Of a stretch of DNA of 64,000 nucleotides, positions 1-16,141 are shown one piece after another. This DNA is from Eledone cirrhosa. Its lineage: Eukaryota. A program made the translations under genes and the position numbers. Positions within the stretch are counted from its first letter, which is position 1, and each line of letters opens with the position of its first letter. The stretch covers positions 8,060,001-8,124,000 of the forward strand of contig OZ024742.1 of NCBI GenBank assembly GCA_964016885.1, read 5' to 3'. Below the pieces are notes generated by a model that searched no databases, had not been told where the DNA came from, and worked only from the letters and a program-made list of their open reading frames with translations.

Positions 1-3000
1 TCCCTCAGGAGACACAGTAACATGTACCTAGGAACGTCCTATATCAATAGGGCACCACTATGAATCCCTCAGGATACACAGTAACATGTACCTAGGAACG
101 TCCTATATCAATACGGCACCACTATGACTCCCTCAGGAGACACAGTAACATGTACCTGGGAACGTCTTATATCAATACGGCACCTCTATAACTCACTCAG
201 GAGACACAGTAACATGTACCTAGGAGCGTCTTATATCAATACGGCACCACTATGACTCCCTCAAGAGACACAGTAACATGTACCTAGGAACGTCTTATGT
301 CAATACGGCACCACTATCACTCCCGCAGGAGACACAGTAACATGTACCTAGGAACGTCTTATATCAATACGACACCACTATGTCTCCCTCACGAGACACA
401 GAAACATGTACCTAGGAACGTCTTATATCAATACGGCACCACTATGACTCCCTCAGGTGACACAGTAACAAATACCTAGAAACGTCTTATATCAATACGA
501 CACCTCTATGTCTCCCTCAGGAGATACAGAAACATGTACCTAGGAACGTCTTATATCAATACGGCACCACTATGACTCCCTCAGGTGACACAGTAACATG
601 TACCTAGGAACGTCTTATATCAGTACGGCACCATTATGATTCCCTCAGGAAACACAGTAACATGTACATAGGAACGTCTTATATCAATACGGCACCACTA
701 CGACTCCCTCTGGACACACAGTAACATGTACCTAGGAACGTCTTATATCAATACGGCACCACTATGACTACCTCAGGTGACACAGTAACATGTACCTAGG
801 AACGTCTTATATCAATACGGCACCACTATGACTCCCTCAGGAAACACAGTAACATGTACATAGGAACGTCTTATATCAATACGGCACCACTATGACTCCC
901 TCATGAGACACATTAACATGTACATAGGAACGTCTTATATCAATACGGCACCACTATGACACCCTCAGGACACACAGTAACATGTACCTAGGAACATCTT
1001 ATATCAATACGGCACCACTATGACTCCCTCAGGAGACACAGTAACATGTACCTAGGAACGTCTTATATCAATATGGCACCACTATGTCTCCCTCAGGTGA
1101 CACAGTAACATGTACCTAGGAGCGTCTTATATCAATACGGCACCACTATGACTCCCTTAGGAGACATAGTAACATGTACCTAGGAACGTCGTATATCAAT
1201 ACGGCACCACTATGACTCCCTCAGGAGACACAGTAACATGTACCTAGGGACGTCTTATATCAATACGGCACCACTATGACTCCCTCCTGAGACACAGTAA
1301 CATGTACATAGGAACGTCTTATATCAATACGGCACTACTATGACTCCCTCAGGAGACACAGTAACATGTACCTAGGAACGTCTTATATCAATACGACACC
1401 ACTATGTCTCCCTGAGGAGACACAGAAACATGTACCTAGGAACGTCTTATATCAATACGGCCACACTATGACTCCCTGAGGAGACACAGTAACATGTACC
1501 TAGGAACGTCTCATATCAATACGGCGCCACTAAGAATCCCTCAGGTGACACAGTAACATGTACCTAGGAACGTCTTATGTCAATACGGCACCACTATGAC
1601 TCCCTCAGGAGACACAGTAACATGTACCTAGGAACGTCCTATATCAATACGGCACCACTATGACACCCTCAGGACACACAGTAACATGTACCTAGGAACG
1701 TCTTATATCAATACCACACCACTATGTCTCCCTCAGGAGACACAGAAACATGTACCTAGGAACGTCTTATATCAATACGGCACCTCTATAACTCACTCAG
1801 GAGTCACGGTAACATGTACCTAGGAGCGTCTTATATCAATACGGCACCACTATGACTCCCTCAGGAGACACAGTAACATGTACCTAGGAACGTCTTATGT
1901 CAATACGGCACCACTATGACTCCCTCAGGAGACACAGTAACATGTACCTAGGAACGTCCTATATCAATACGGCACCACTGTGACTCCCTCAGGAGACACA
2001 GTAACATGTACCTAGGGACGTCTTATATCAATACGGCACCACTATGACTCCCTCAGGAGACACAGTAACATGTACCTAGGAACGTCCTATATCAATACGG
2101 CGCCACTGTGACTCCCTCAGGAGACACAGTAACATGTACCTAGGAACGTCCTATATCAATAGGGCACCACTATGAATCCCTCAGGATACACAGTAACATG
2201 TACCTAGGAACGTCCTATATCAATACGGCACCACTATGACTCCCTCAGGAGACACAGTAACATGTACCTGGGAACGTCTTATATCAATACGGCACCTCTA
2301 TAACTCACTCAGGAGACACAGTAACATGTACCTAGGAGCGTCTTATATCAATACGGCACCACTATGACTCCCTCAAGAGACACAGTAACATGTACCTAGG
2401 AACGTCTTATGTCAATACGGCACCACTATCACTCCCGCAGGAGACACAGTAACATGTACCTAGGAACGTCTTATATCAATACGACACCACTATGTCTCCC
2501 TCACGAGACACAGAAACATGTACCTAGGAACGTCTTATATCAATACGGCACCACTATGACTCCCTCAGGTGACACAGTAACAAATACCTAGAAACGTCTT
2601 ATATCAATACGACACCTCTATGTCTCCCTCAGGAGATACAGAAACATGTACCTAGGAACGTCTTATATCAATACGGCACCACTATGACTCCCTCAGGTGA
2701 CACAGTAACATGTACCTAGGAACGTCTTATATCATTACGGCACCATTATGATTCCCTCAGGAAACACAGTAACATGTACATAGGAACGTCTTATATCAAT
2801 ACGGCACCACTACGACTCCCTCTGGACACACAGTAACATGTACCTAGGAACGTCTTATATCAATACGGCACCACTATGACTACCTCAGGTGACACAGTAA
2901 CATGTACCTAGGAACGTCTTATATCAATACGGCACCACTATGACTCCCTCAGGAAACACAGTAACATGTACATAGGAACGTCTTATATCAATACGGCACC

Positions 3001-6000
3001 ACTATGACTCCCTCATGAGACACATTAACATGTACATAGGAACGTCTTATATCAATACGGCACCACTATGACACCCTCAGGACACACAGTAACATGTACC
3101 TAGGAACATCTTATATCAATACGGCACCACTATGACTCCCTCAGGAGACACAGTAACATGTACCTAGGAACGTCTTATATCAATATGGCACCACTATGTC
3201 TCCCTCAGGTGACACAGTAACATGTACCTAGGAGCGTCTTATATCAATACGGCACCACTATGACTCCCTTAGGAGACATAGTAACATGTACCTAGGAACG
3301 TCGTATATCAATACGGCACCACTATGACTCCCTCAGGAGACACAGTAACATGTACCTAGGGACGTCTTATATCAATACGGCACCACTATGACTCCCTCCT
3401 GAGACACAGTAACATGTACATAGGAACGTCTTATATCAATACGGCACTACTATGACTCCCTCAGGAGACACAGTAACATGTACCTAGGAACGTCTTATAT
3501 CAATACGACACCACTATGTCTCCCTGAGGAGACACAGAAACATGTACCTAGGAACGTCTTATATCAATACGGCCACACTATGACTCCCTGAGGAGACACA
3601 GTAACATGTACCTAGGAACGTCTCATATCAATACGGCGCCACTAAGAATCCCTCAGGTGACACAGTAACATGTACCTAGGAACGTCTTATGTCAATACGG
3701 CACCACTATGACTCCCTCAGGAGACACAGTAACATGTACCTAGGAACGTCCTATATCAATACGGCACCACTATGACACCCTCAGGACACACAGTAACATG
3801 TACCTAGGAACGTCTTATATCAATACGGCACCACTGTGACTCCCTCAGGTGACACAGTAACATGTACCTAGGAACGTCTTATATCAATACGGCACTACTG
3901 TGTCTCCCTCAGGTGACACAGTAACATGTACCTAGGAACGTCTTATATCAATACGGCACTACTGTGACTCCCTCAGGTGACACAGTAACATGTACCTAGG
4001 AACGTCTTATATCAATACGGCACTACTGTGACTCCCTCAGGTGACACAGTAACATGTACCTAGGAACGTCTTATATCAATACGGCACTACTGTGACTCCC
4101 TCAGGTGACACAGTAACATGTACCTAGGAACGTCTTATATCAATACGGCCCCACTATGACTCCCTCAGGAGACACAGTAACATGTACCTAGGAACGTCTT
4201 ATATCAGTACGGCACCATTATGATTCCCTCAGGAAACACAGTAACATGTACATAGGAACGTCTTATATCAATACGGCACCACTACGACTCCCTCTGGACA
4301 CACAGTAACATGTACCTAGGAACGTCTTATATCAATACGGCACCACTATGACTACCTCAGGTGACACAGTAACATGTACCTAGGAACGTCTTATATCAAT
4401 ACGGCACCACTATGACTCCCTCAGGAAACACAGTAACATGTACATAGGAACGTCTTATATCAATACGGCACCACTATGACTCCCTCATGAGACACATTAA
4501 CATGTACATAGGAACGTCTTATATCAATACGGCACCACTATGACACCCTCAGGACACACAGTAACATGTACCTAGGAACATCTTATATCAATACGGCACC
4601 ACTATGACTCCCTCAGGAGACACAGTAACATGTACCTAGGAACGTCTTATATCAATATGGCACCACTATGTCTCCCTCAGGTGACACAGTAACATGTACC
4701 TAGGAGCGTCTTATATCAATACGGCACCACTATGACTCCCTTAGGAGACATAGTAACATGTACCTAGGAACGTCGTATATCAATACGGCACCACTATGAC
4801 TCCCTCAGGAGACACAGTAACATGTACATAGGAACGTCTTATATCAATACGGCACTACTATGACTCCCTCAGGAGACACAGTAACATGTACCTAGGAACG
4901 TCTTATATCAATACGACACCACTATGTCTCCCTGAGGAGACACAGAAACATGTACCTAGGAACGTCTTATATCAATACGGCCACACTATGACTCCCTGAG
5001 GAGACACAGTAACATGTACCTAGGAACGTCTCATATCAATACGGCGCCACTAAGAATCCCTCAGGTGACACAGTAACATGTACCTAGGAACGTCTTATGT
5101 CAATACGGCACCACTATGACTCCCTCAGGAGACACAGTAACATGTACCTAGGAACGTCCTATATCAATACGGCACCACTATGACACCCTCAGGACACACA
5201 GTAACATGTACCTAGGAACGTCTTATATCAATACGGCACCACTGTGACTCCCTCAGGTGACACAGTAACATGTACCTAGGAACGTCTTATATCAATACGG
5301 CACTACTGTGTCTCCCTCAGGTGACACAGTAACATGTACCTAGGAACGTCTTATATCAATACGGCACTACTGTGACTCCCTCAGGTGACACAGTAACATG
5401 TACCTAGGAACGTCTTATATCAATACGGCACTACTGTGACTCCCTCAGGTGACACAGTAACATGTACCTAGGAACGTCTTATATCAATACGGCACTACTG
5501 TGACTCCCTCAGGTGACACAGTAACATGTACCTAGGAACGTCTTATATCAATACGGCCCCACTATGACTCCCTCAGGAGACACAGTAACATGTACCTAGG
5601 AACGTCTTATATCAATACGGCCCCACTATGACTCCCTCAGGAGACACAGTAACATGTACCTAGGAACGTCTTATATCAATACGGCACCACTGTGACTCCC
5701 TCAGGTGACACAGTAACATGTACCTAGGAACGTCTTATATCAATACGGCACTACTGTGACTCCCTCAGGTGACACAGTAACATGTACCTAGGAACGTCTT
5801 ATATCAATACGGCACCACTGTGACTCCCTCAGGTGACACAGTAACATGTACCTAGGAACGTCTTATATCAATACGGCACCACTATGACTCCGTCAGGAGA
5901 CACATTAACATGTACATAGGAACGTCTTATATCAATACACCACTATGACACCCTCAGGACATACAGTAACATGGACCTAGGAACGTCTTATATCAATACG

Positions 6001-9000
6001 GCAGCAGTATGACTCCCTCAGGTGACACAGTAACATGTACCTAGGAACGTCTTATATCAATACCACACCACTATGTCTCCCTCAGGAGACACAGAAACAT
6101 GTACCTAGGAACGTCTTATATCAATACCACACCACTATGTCTCCCTCGGGAGACACAGAAACATGTACCTAGGAACGTCTTATATCAATACGGCACCACT
6201 ATGACACCCTCAGTACACACAGTAACATGGACCTAGGAACGTCTTATATCAATACGGCACCACTATGACACCGTCAGTACACACAGTAACATGGACCTAG
6301 GAACGTCTTATATCAATACGGCACTACTATGACACCCTCAGGAGACACAGTAACATGTACCTAGGAACGTCTTATATCAATACGGCACCACTATGACACC
6401 CTCAGTACACACAGTAACATGGACCTAGGAACGTCCTATATCAATACGGCACCACTATGTCTCCCTCAGGTGACACAGTAACATATACCTAGGAACGTCT
6501 TATATCAATACGGCACAACTATGACTCCCTCAGGAGACACAGTAACATGGACCTAGGAACGTCCTATATCAATACGGCACCACGATGTCTCCCTCAGGAG
6601 ACACATTAACATGTACATAGGAACGTCTTATATCAATACGGCACCACTATGAATCCCTCAGGAGTTACAGTAACATGTACCTAGGAACGTCTTATATCAA
6701 TACGGCACCACTATGACTCCCTCAGGAGACACATTAACATGTACATAGGAACGTCTTATATCAATACGGCACCACTATGACTCCCTCAGGAGACACATTA
6801 ACATGTACATAGGAACGTCTTATATCAATACGGCACCACTATGAATCCCTCAGGAGACACAGTAACATGTACCTAGGAACGTCTTATATCAATACGGCAC
6901 CACTATGACTCCCTCAGGTGACACAGTAACATGTACCTAGGAACGTCTTATATCAATACGGCACCACTATGACTCCGTCAGGAGACACATTAACATGTAC
7001 GTAGGAACGTCTTATATCAATACGGCACCACTATGAATCCCTCAGGAGACACAGTAACATGTACCTAGGAACGTCTTATATCAATACGGCAGCAGTATGT
7101 CTCCCTCAGGAGACACAGTAACATGTACATAGGAACGTCTTATATCAATACGGCACCACTATGACTCCCTCATGAGACACATTCACATGTACATAGGAAC
7201 GTCTTATATCAATACGGCAGCAGTATGTCTCCCTCAGGAGACACATTAACATGTACATAGGAACGTCTTATTTCAATACGGCACCACTATGACTCCCTCA
7301 GGAGACACATTAACATGTACATAGGAACGTCTTATATCAATACGGCACCACTATGACTCCCTCATGAGACACATTCACATGTACATAGGAACGTCTTATA
7401 TCAATACGGCAGCAGTATGTCTCCCTCAGGAGACACATTAACATGTACATAGGAACGTCTTATATCAATACGGCACCACTATGAATCCCTCAGGAGTCAC
7501 AGTAACATGTACCTAGGAACGTCTTATATCAATACGGCACCACTATGACTCCGTCAGGAGACACATTAACATGTACCTAGGAACGTCTTATATCAATACG
7601 GCACCACTATGACTCCGTCAGGAGACACATTAACATGTACATAGGAACGTCTTATATCAATACGGCACCACTATGACTCCCTCAGGAGACACATTAACAT
7701 GTACATAGGAACGTCTTATATCAATACGGCACCACTATGACACCCTCAGGACACACAGTAACATGGACCTAGGAACGTCTTATATCAATACGGCAGCAGT
7801 ATGACTCCCTCAGGTGACACAGTAACATGTACCTAGGAACGTCTTATACCAATACCACACCACTATGTCTCCCTCAGGAGACACAGAAACATGTACCTAG
7901 GAACGTCTTATATCAATACGGCACCTCTATAACTCACTCAGGAGTCACAGTAACATGTACCTAGGAGCGTCTTATATCAATGCGGCACCCCTATGAATCC
8001 CTCAGGAGACACAGTAACATGTACCTAGGAACGTCCTATATCAATACGGCGCCACTGTGACTCCCTCAGGAGACACAGTAACATGTACCTAGGGACGTCT
8101 TATATCAATACGGCACCATTATGACTCCCTCAGGTGACACAGTAACATGTACCTAGGAACATCCTATCTCAATACGGCACCACTATGTCTCCCTCAGGAG
8201 ACACCATAACATTTACCTAGGAACGTCCTATATCAATACGGACCACTCTGACTCCCTCATGAGACACAGTAACATGTACCTAGGAACGTCTTATATCAAT
8301 ACAGCACCACTATGACACCCACAGGAGACACAGTAACATGTACCTAGGAACGTCTTATATCAATACGGCACCACTGTGACACCCCCAGGAGACACAGTAA
8401 CATGTACCTATGAACGTCTTATATCAATACGGCACCATGTGACTCCCTCAGGAGACAGAGTAACATGTATCTAGGAACGTCTTATATCAATACGGCACCA
8501 CTATGACTCCCTCAGGAGACACAGTAACATGTACCTAGGAACGTCTTATATCAATACGGCACCATTATGTCTCCCTCAGGTGACACAGTAACATGTACCT
8601 AGGAACGTCTTATATCAATACGACACCACTATGTCTCCCTCACGAGACACAGAAACATGTACCTAGGAACGTCTTATATCAATACGGCACCACTATGACT
8701 CCCTCAGGTGACACAGTAACAAATACCTAGAAACGTCTTATATCAATACGACACCTCTATGTCTCCCTCAGGAGATACAGAAACATGTACCTAGGAACGT
8801 CTTATATCAATACGGCACCACTATGACTCCCTCAGGTGACACAGTAACATGTACCTAGGAACGTCTTATATCAATACGGCACCATTATGATTCCCTCAGG
8901 AAACACAGTAACATGTACATAGGAACGTCTTATATCAATACGGCACCACTACGCCTCCCTCTGGACACACAGTAACATGTACCTAGGAACGTCTTATATC

Positions 9001-12000
9001 AATACGGCACCACTATGACTACCTCAGGTGACACAGTAACATGTACCTAGGAACGTCTTATATCAATACGGCACCACTATGACTCCCTCAGGAAACACAG
9101 TAACATGTACATAGGAACGTCTTATATCAATACGGCACCACTGTGACACCCTCAGGACACACAGTAACATGTACCTATGAACGTCTTATATCAATACGGC
9201 ACCATGTGACTCCCTCAGGAGACAGAGTAACATGTACCTAGGAACGTCTTATATCAATATGGCACCACTATGTCTCCCTCAGGTGACACAGTAACATGTA
9301 CCTAGGAGCGTCTTATATCAATACGGCACAACTATGACTCCCTTAGGAGACATAGTAACATGTACCTAGGAACGTCGTATATCAATACGGCACCACTATG
9401 ACTCCCTCAGGAGACACAGTAACATGTACCTAGGGACGTCTTATATCAATACGGCACCACTATGACTCCCTCCTGAGACACAGTAACATGTACATAGGAA
9501 CGTCTTATATCAATACGGCACTACTATGACTCCCTCGGGAGACACACTAACATGTACCTAGGAACGTCTTATATCAATACGACACCACTATGTCTCCCTC
9601 AGGAGACACAGAAACATGTACCTAGGAACGTCTCATATCAATACGGCGCCACTAAGAATCCCTCAGGTGACACAGTAACATGTACCTAGGAACGTCTTAT
9701 GTCAATACGGCACCACTATGACTCCCTCAGGAGACACAGTAACATGTACCTAGGAACGTCCTATATCAATACGGCACCACTATGACTCCCTCAGGTGACA
9801 CAGTAACATGTACCTAGGAACGTCCTATCTCAATACGGCACCACTATGACTCCCTCAGGAGACTCAGTAACATGTACCTAGGAACGTCCTATATCAATAC
9901 GGACCACTCTGACTCCCTCAGGAGACACAGTAACATGTACCTAGGAACGTCTTATATCAATACAGCACCACTATGACACCCACAGGAGACACAGTAACAT
10001 GTACCTAGGAACATCTTATATCAATTCGGCACTACTGTGACACCCCCAGGAGACACAGTAACATGTACCTCGGAACGTCTTATATCAATACGGCACCACT
10101 GTGACAACCCCAGGAGACACAGTAACATGTACCTATGAACGTCTTATATCAATACGGCAGCACTATGACTCCCTCAGGAGACACAGTAACATGTATCTAG
10201 GAACGTCTTATATCAATACGGCACCACTATGACTCCCTCAGGAGAGACAGTAACATGTACCTAGGAACGTCTTATATCTATACGGCACCACTATGACTCC
10301 CTCAGGTGACACAGTAACAAGAACCTAGGAACGTCTTATATCAATACGACACCACTATGTCTCCCTCAGGTGACACAGTAACATGTACCTAGGAACGTCT
10401 TATATCAATACGGCACCACTATGAATCCCTCAGGAGACACAGTAACATGTACCTCGGAACGTCTTATATCAATACGGCACCACTATGACTCCCTCAGGTG
10501 ACACAGTAACATGTACCTAGGAACGTCTTATATCAATACGGCACCACTATGACTCCGTCAGGAGACACATTAACATGTACATAGGAACGTCTTATATCAA
10601 TACACCACTATGACACCCTCAGGACATACAGTAACATGGACCTAGGAACGTCTTATATCAATACGGCAGCAGTATGACTCCCTCAGGTGACACAGTAACA
10701 TGTACCTAGGAACGTCTTATATCAATACCACACCACTATGTCTCCCTCAGGAGACACAGAAACATGTACCTAGGAACGTCTTATATCAATACCACACCAC
10801 TATGTCTCCCTCGGGAGACACAGAAACATGTACCTAGGAACGTCTTATATCAATACGGCACCACTATGACACCCTCAGTACACACAGTAACATGGACCTA
10901 GGAACGTCTTATATCAATACGGCACCACTATGACACCCTCAGTACACACAGTAACATGGACCTAGGAACGTCTTATATCAATACGGCACTACTATGACTC
11001 CCTCAGGAGACACAGTAACATGTACCTAGGAACGTCTTATATCAATAAGGCACCACTATGACAACCTCAGGACACACAGTAACATGTACCTAGGAACGTC
11101 TTATATCAATACGGCACCACTATGACACCCTCAGGACACACAGTAACATGTACCTAGGAACGTCTTATATCAATACGGCACCACTGTGACTCCCTCAGGT
11201 GACACAGTAACATGTACCTAGGAACGTCTTATATCAATACGGCACTACTGTGACTCCCCCAGGTGACACAGTAACATGTACCTAGGAACGTCTTATATCA
11301 ATACGGCACTACTGTGACTCCCTCAGGTGACACAGTAACATGTACCTAGGAACGTCTTATATCAATACGGCACTACTGTGACTCCCTCAGGTGACACAGT
11401 AACATGTACCTAGGAACGTCTTATATCAATACGGCACTACTGTGACTCCCTCAGGTGACACAGTAACATGTACCTAGGAACGTCTTATATCAATACGGCC
11501 CCACTATGACTCCCTCAGGAGACACAGTAACATGTACCTAGGAACGTCTTATATCAATACGGCCCCACTATGACTCCCTCAGGAGACACAGTAACATGTA
11601 CCTAGGAACGTCTTATATCAATACGGCACCACTGTGACTCCCTCAGGTGACACAGTAACATGTACCTAGGAACGTCTTATATCAATACGGCACTACTGTG
11701 ACTCCCTCAGGTGACACAGTAACATGTACCTAGGAACGTCTTATATCAATACGGCACCACTGTGACTCCCTCAGGTGACACAGTAACATGTACCTAGGAA
11801 CGTCTTATATCAATACGGCACTACTGTGACTCCCTCAGGTGACACAGTAACATGTACCTAGGAACGCCTTATATCAATACGGCACCACTGTGACACCCTC
11901 AGGACACACAGTAACATGTACCTAGGAACGTCTTATATCAATACGGCACCACTGTGACTCCCTCAGGTGACACAGTAACATGTACCTAGGAACGTCTTAT

Positions 12001-15000
12001 ATCAATACGGCACCACTATGACTCCCTCAGGAGACACATTAACATGTACCTAGGAGCGTCTTATGTCAATACGGCACCACTATGACTCCCTCAGGACACA
12101 CAGTAACATGTACCTAGGAACGTCTTATGTCAATACGGACCACTGTGTCTCCCTCAGGAGACCCAGAAATATGTACCTAGGAACGTCTTATATCAATACC
12201 ACACCACTATGTCTCCCTCAGGAGACAGAGAAACATGTACCTAGGAACGTCTTATATCAATACCACACCACTATGTCTCCCTCGGGAGACACAGAAACAT
12301 GTACCTAGGAACGTCTTATATCAATACGGCACCACTATGACACCCTCAGTACACACAGTAACATGGACCTAGGAACGTCTTATATCAATACGGCACCACT
12401 ATGACACCCTCAGTACACACAGTAACATGGACCTAGGAACGTCTTATATCAATACGGCACTACTATGACACCCTCAGGAGACACAGTAACATGTACCTAG
12501 GAACGTCTTATATCAATACGGCACCACTATGACACCCTCAGTACACACAGTAACATGGACCTAGGAACGTCCTATATCAATACGGCACCACTATGTCTCC
12601 CTCAGGTGACACAGTAACATGTACCGAGGAACGTCTTATATCAATACGGCACAACTATGACTCCCTCAGGAGACACAGTAACATGGACCTAGGAACGTCC
12701 TATATCAATACGGCACCACGATGACTCCCTCAGGAGACACAGTAACAAGTACCTAGGAACGTCCTATATCAATACGGCACCACTGTGAGTCCCTCAGGAG
12801 ACACAGTAACATGTACCTAGGGACGTCTTATATCAATACGGCACCACTATGACTCCCTCAGGAGACACAGTAACATGTACCTAGGAACGTCCTATATCAA
12901 TACGGCCCCACTGTGACTCCCTCAGGAGACACAGTAACATGTACCTAGGGACGTCTTATATGAATACGGCACCACTATGACTCCCTCAGGTGACACAGTA
13001 ACATGTACCTAGGAAAGTCCTATCTCAATACGGCACCACTATGACTCCCTCAGGAGACTTAGTAACATGTACCTAGGAACGTCCTATATCAATACGGCAC
13101 CACTGTGACTCCCTCAGGAGACACAGTAACATGTACATCGGAACGTCTTATATCAATACGGCACCACTGTGACACCCCCAGGAGACACAGTAACATGTAC
13201 CTAGGAACGTCTTATATCAATACGGCACCACTGTGACTCCCTCAGGAGACACAGTAACATGTACCTCGGAACGTCTTATATCAATACGGCACCACTGTGA
13301 CAACCCCAGGAGACACAGTAACATGTACCTATGAACGTCTTATATCAATACGGCACCACTATGCCTCCCTCAGGAGACACAGTAACATGTACCTAGGAAC
13401 GTCTTATATCAATACGGCACAACTATGACTCCCTCAGGAGAGACAGTAACATGTACCTATGAACGTCTGATATCAATACGGCACCACTATGACTCCCTCA
13501 GGAGACACAGTAACATGTACCTATGAACGTCTGATATCAATACGGCACCACTATGACTCCCTCAGGAGACACAGTAACATGTACCTAGGAACGTCTTATA
13601 TCAATACGGCACCAATATGTCTCCCTCATGAGACACAGTAACATGTACCTAGGAACGTCTTATATCAATACGGCACCACTGTGACTCCCTCAGGTGACAC
13701 AGTAACATGTACCTAGGAACGTCTTATATCAATACGGCACCACTATGTCTCCCTCACGTGACACAGTAACATGTACCTAGGAACGTCTTATATCAATACG
13801 GCACCACTATGACACCCTCAGGACACACAGTAACATGTACCTAGGAACGTCTTATATCAATACGGCACCACTATGACACCCTCAGGACACACAGTAACAT
13901 GTACCTAGGAACGTCTTATATCAATACGGCACCACTATGACACCCTCAGGACACACAGTAACATGTACCTAGGAACGTCTTATATCAATACGGCACCACT
14001 GTGACTCCCTCAGGTGACACAGTAACATGTACCTAGGAACGTCTTATATCAATACGGCACCACTATGACACCCTCAGGACACACAGTAACATGTACCTAG
14101 GAACGTCTTATATCAATACGGCACCACTATGACACCCTCAGGACACACAGTAACATGTACCTAGGAACGTCTTATATCAATACGGCACCACTGTGACTCC
14201 CTCAGGTGACACAGTAACATGTACCTAGGAACGTCTTATATCAATACGGCACTACTGTGTCTCCCTCAGGTGACACAGTAACATGTACCTAGGAACGTCT
14301 TATATCAATACGGCACTACTGTGACTCCCTCAGGTGACACAGTAACATGTACCTAGGAACGTCTTATATCAATACGGCACTACTGTGACTCCCTCAGGTG
14401 ACACAGTAACATGTACCTAGGAACGTCTTATATCAATACGGCACTACTGTGACTCCCTCAGGTGACACAGTAACATGTACCTAGGAACGTCTTATATCAA
14501 TACGGCCCCACTATGACTCCCTCAGGAGACACAGTAACATGTACCTAGGAACGTCTTATATCAATACGGCCCCACTATGACTCCCTCAGGAGACACAGTA
14601 ACATGTACCTAGGAACTTCTTATATCAATACGGCACCACTGTGACTCCCTCAGGTGACACAGTAACATGTACCTAGGAACGTCTTATATCAATACGGCAC
14701 TACTGTGACTCCCTCAGGTGACACAGTAACATGTACCTAGGAACGTCTTATATCAATACGGCACCACTGTGACTCCCTCAGGTGACACAGTAACATGTAC
14801 CTAGGAACGTCTTATATCAATACGGCACTACTGTGACTCCCTCAGGTGACACAGTAACATGTACCTAGGAACGCCTTATATCAATACGGCACCACTGTGA
14901 CACCCTCAGGACACACAGTAACATGTACCTAGGAACGTCTTATATCAATACGGCACCACTGTGACTCCCTCAGGTGACACAGTAACATGTACCTAGGAAC

Positions 15001-16141
15001 GTCTTATATCAATACGGCACCACTATGACTCCCTCAGGAGACACATTAACATGTACCTAGGAGCGTCTTATGTCAATACGGCACCACTATGACTCCCTCA
15101 GGACACACAGTAACATGTACCTAGGAACGTCTTATGTCAATACGGACCACTGTGACTCCCTCAGGAGACCCAGAAATATGTACCTAGGAACGTCTTATAT
15201 CAATACGGCACCACTGTGACTCCCTCAGGTGACACAGTAACATGTACCTAGGAACGTCTTATATCAATACGGCACCACTGTGACTCCCTCAGGTGACACA
15301 GTAACATGTACCTAGGAACGTCTTATATCAATACGGCACCACTATGACTCCCTCAGGAGACACATTAACATGTACCTAGGAACGTCTTATGTCAATACGG
15401 CACCACTATGACTCCCTCAGGACACACAGTAACATGTACCTAGGAACGTCTTATGTCAATACGGACCACTGTGACTCCCTCAGGAGACCCAGAAATATGT
15501 ACCTATGAACGTCTTATATCAATACGGCACCACTGTGACTCCCTCAGGTGACACAGTAACATGTACCTAGGAACGTCTTATGTCAATACGGCACCACTAT
15601 GACACCCTCAGGAGACACAGTAATATGTACCTAGGAACGTCTTATATCAATACGGCACCACTATGACTCCCTCAGGTGACACAGTAACATGTACCTAGGA
15701 ACGTCCTATATCAATACGGCACCACTGTGACTCCCTCAGGAGACCCAGAAACATGTACCTAGGAACGTCTTATATCAATACGGCACCACTGTGACTCCCT
15801 CAGGTGACACAGTAACATGTACCTAGGAACGTCTTATATCAATACGGCACCACTGTGACTCCCTCAGGTGACACAGTAACATGTACCTAGGAACGTCTTA
15901 TATCAATACGGCACCACTGTGACTCCCTCAGGTGAGACAGTAACATGTACCTAGGAACGTCTTATATCAATACGGCACCACTGTGACTCCCTCAGGAGAC
16001 CCAGAAACATGTACCTAGGAACGTCTTATATCAATACGGCACCACTGTGACTCCCTCAGGTGACACAGTAACATGTACCTAGGAACGTCTTATATCAATA
16101 CGGCACCACTGTCACTCCCTCAGGAGACCCAGAAATATGTA
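1..16141. repeat. Satellite A: ~250 tandem copies of a 64-bp monomer (TCCCTCAGGAGACACAGTAACATGTACCTAGGAACGTCTTATATCAATACGGCACCACTATGAC); runs off the left edge
   Basis: Directly visible 64-bp periodicity with point variants and rare 1-3 bp indels. Identical spurious ORFs at 297 and 2409 (offset 2112 = 33x64). Confidence 0.99.

Noticed and set aside
1-64. Hammerhead-encoding satellite (as in newt or schistosome satellites)
   Set aside because: No CTGANGA...GAAA core on either strand of either monomer; the closest is CTGAGGGA with no GAAA partner.
1-16141. Satellite A or B (44657-55021) as a CRISPR array or a repeat-protein gene
   Set aside because: The monomers are contiguous with no unique spacers, there are no cas genes, and the context is eukaryotic. 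Unit lengths of 64, 52 and 49 are not multiples of 3 and all frames hit stops.
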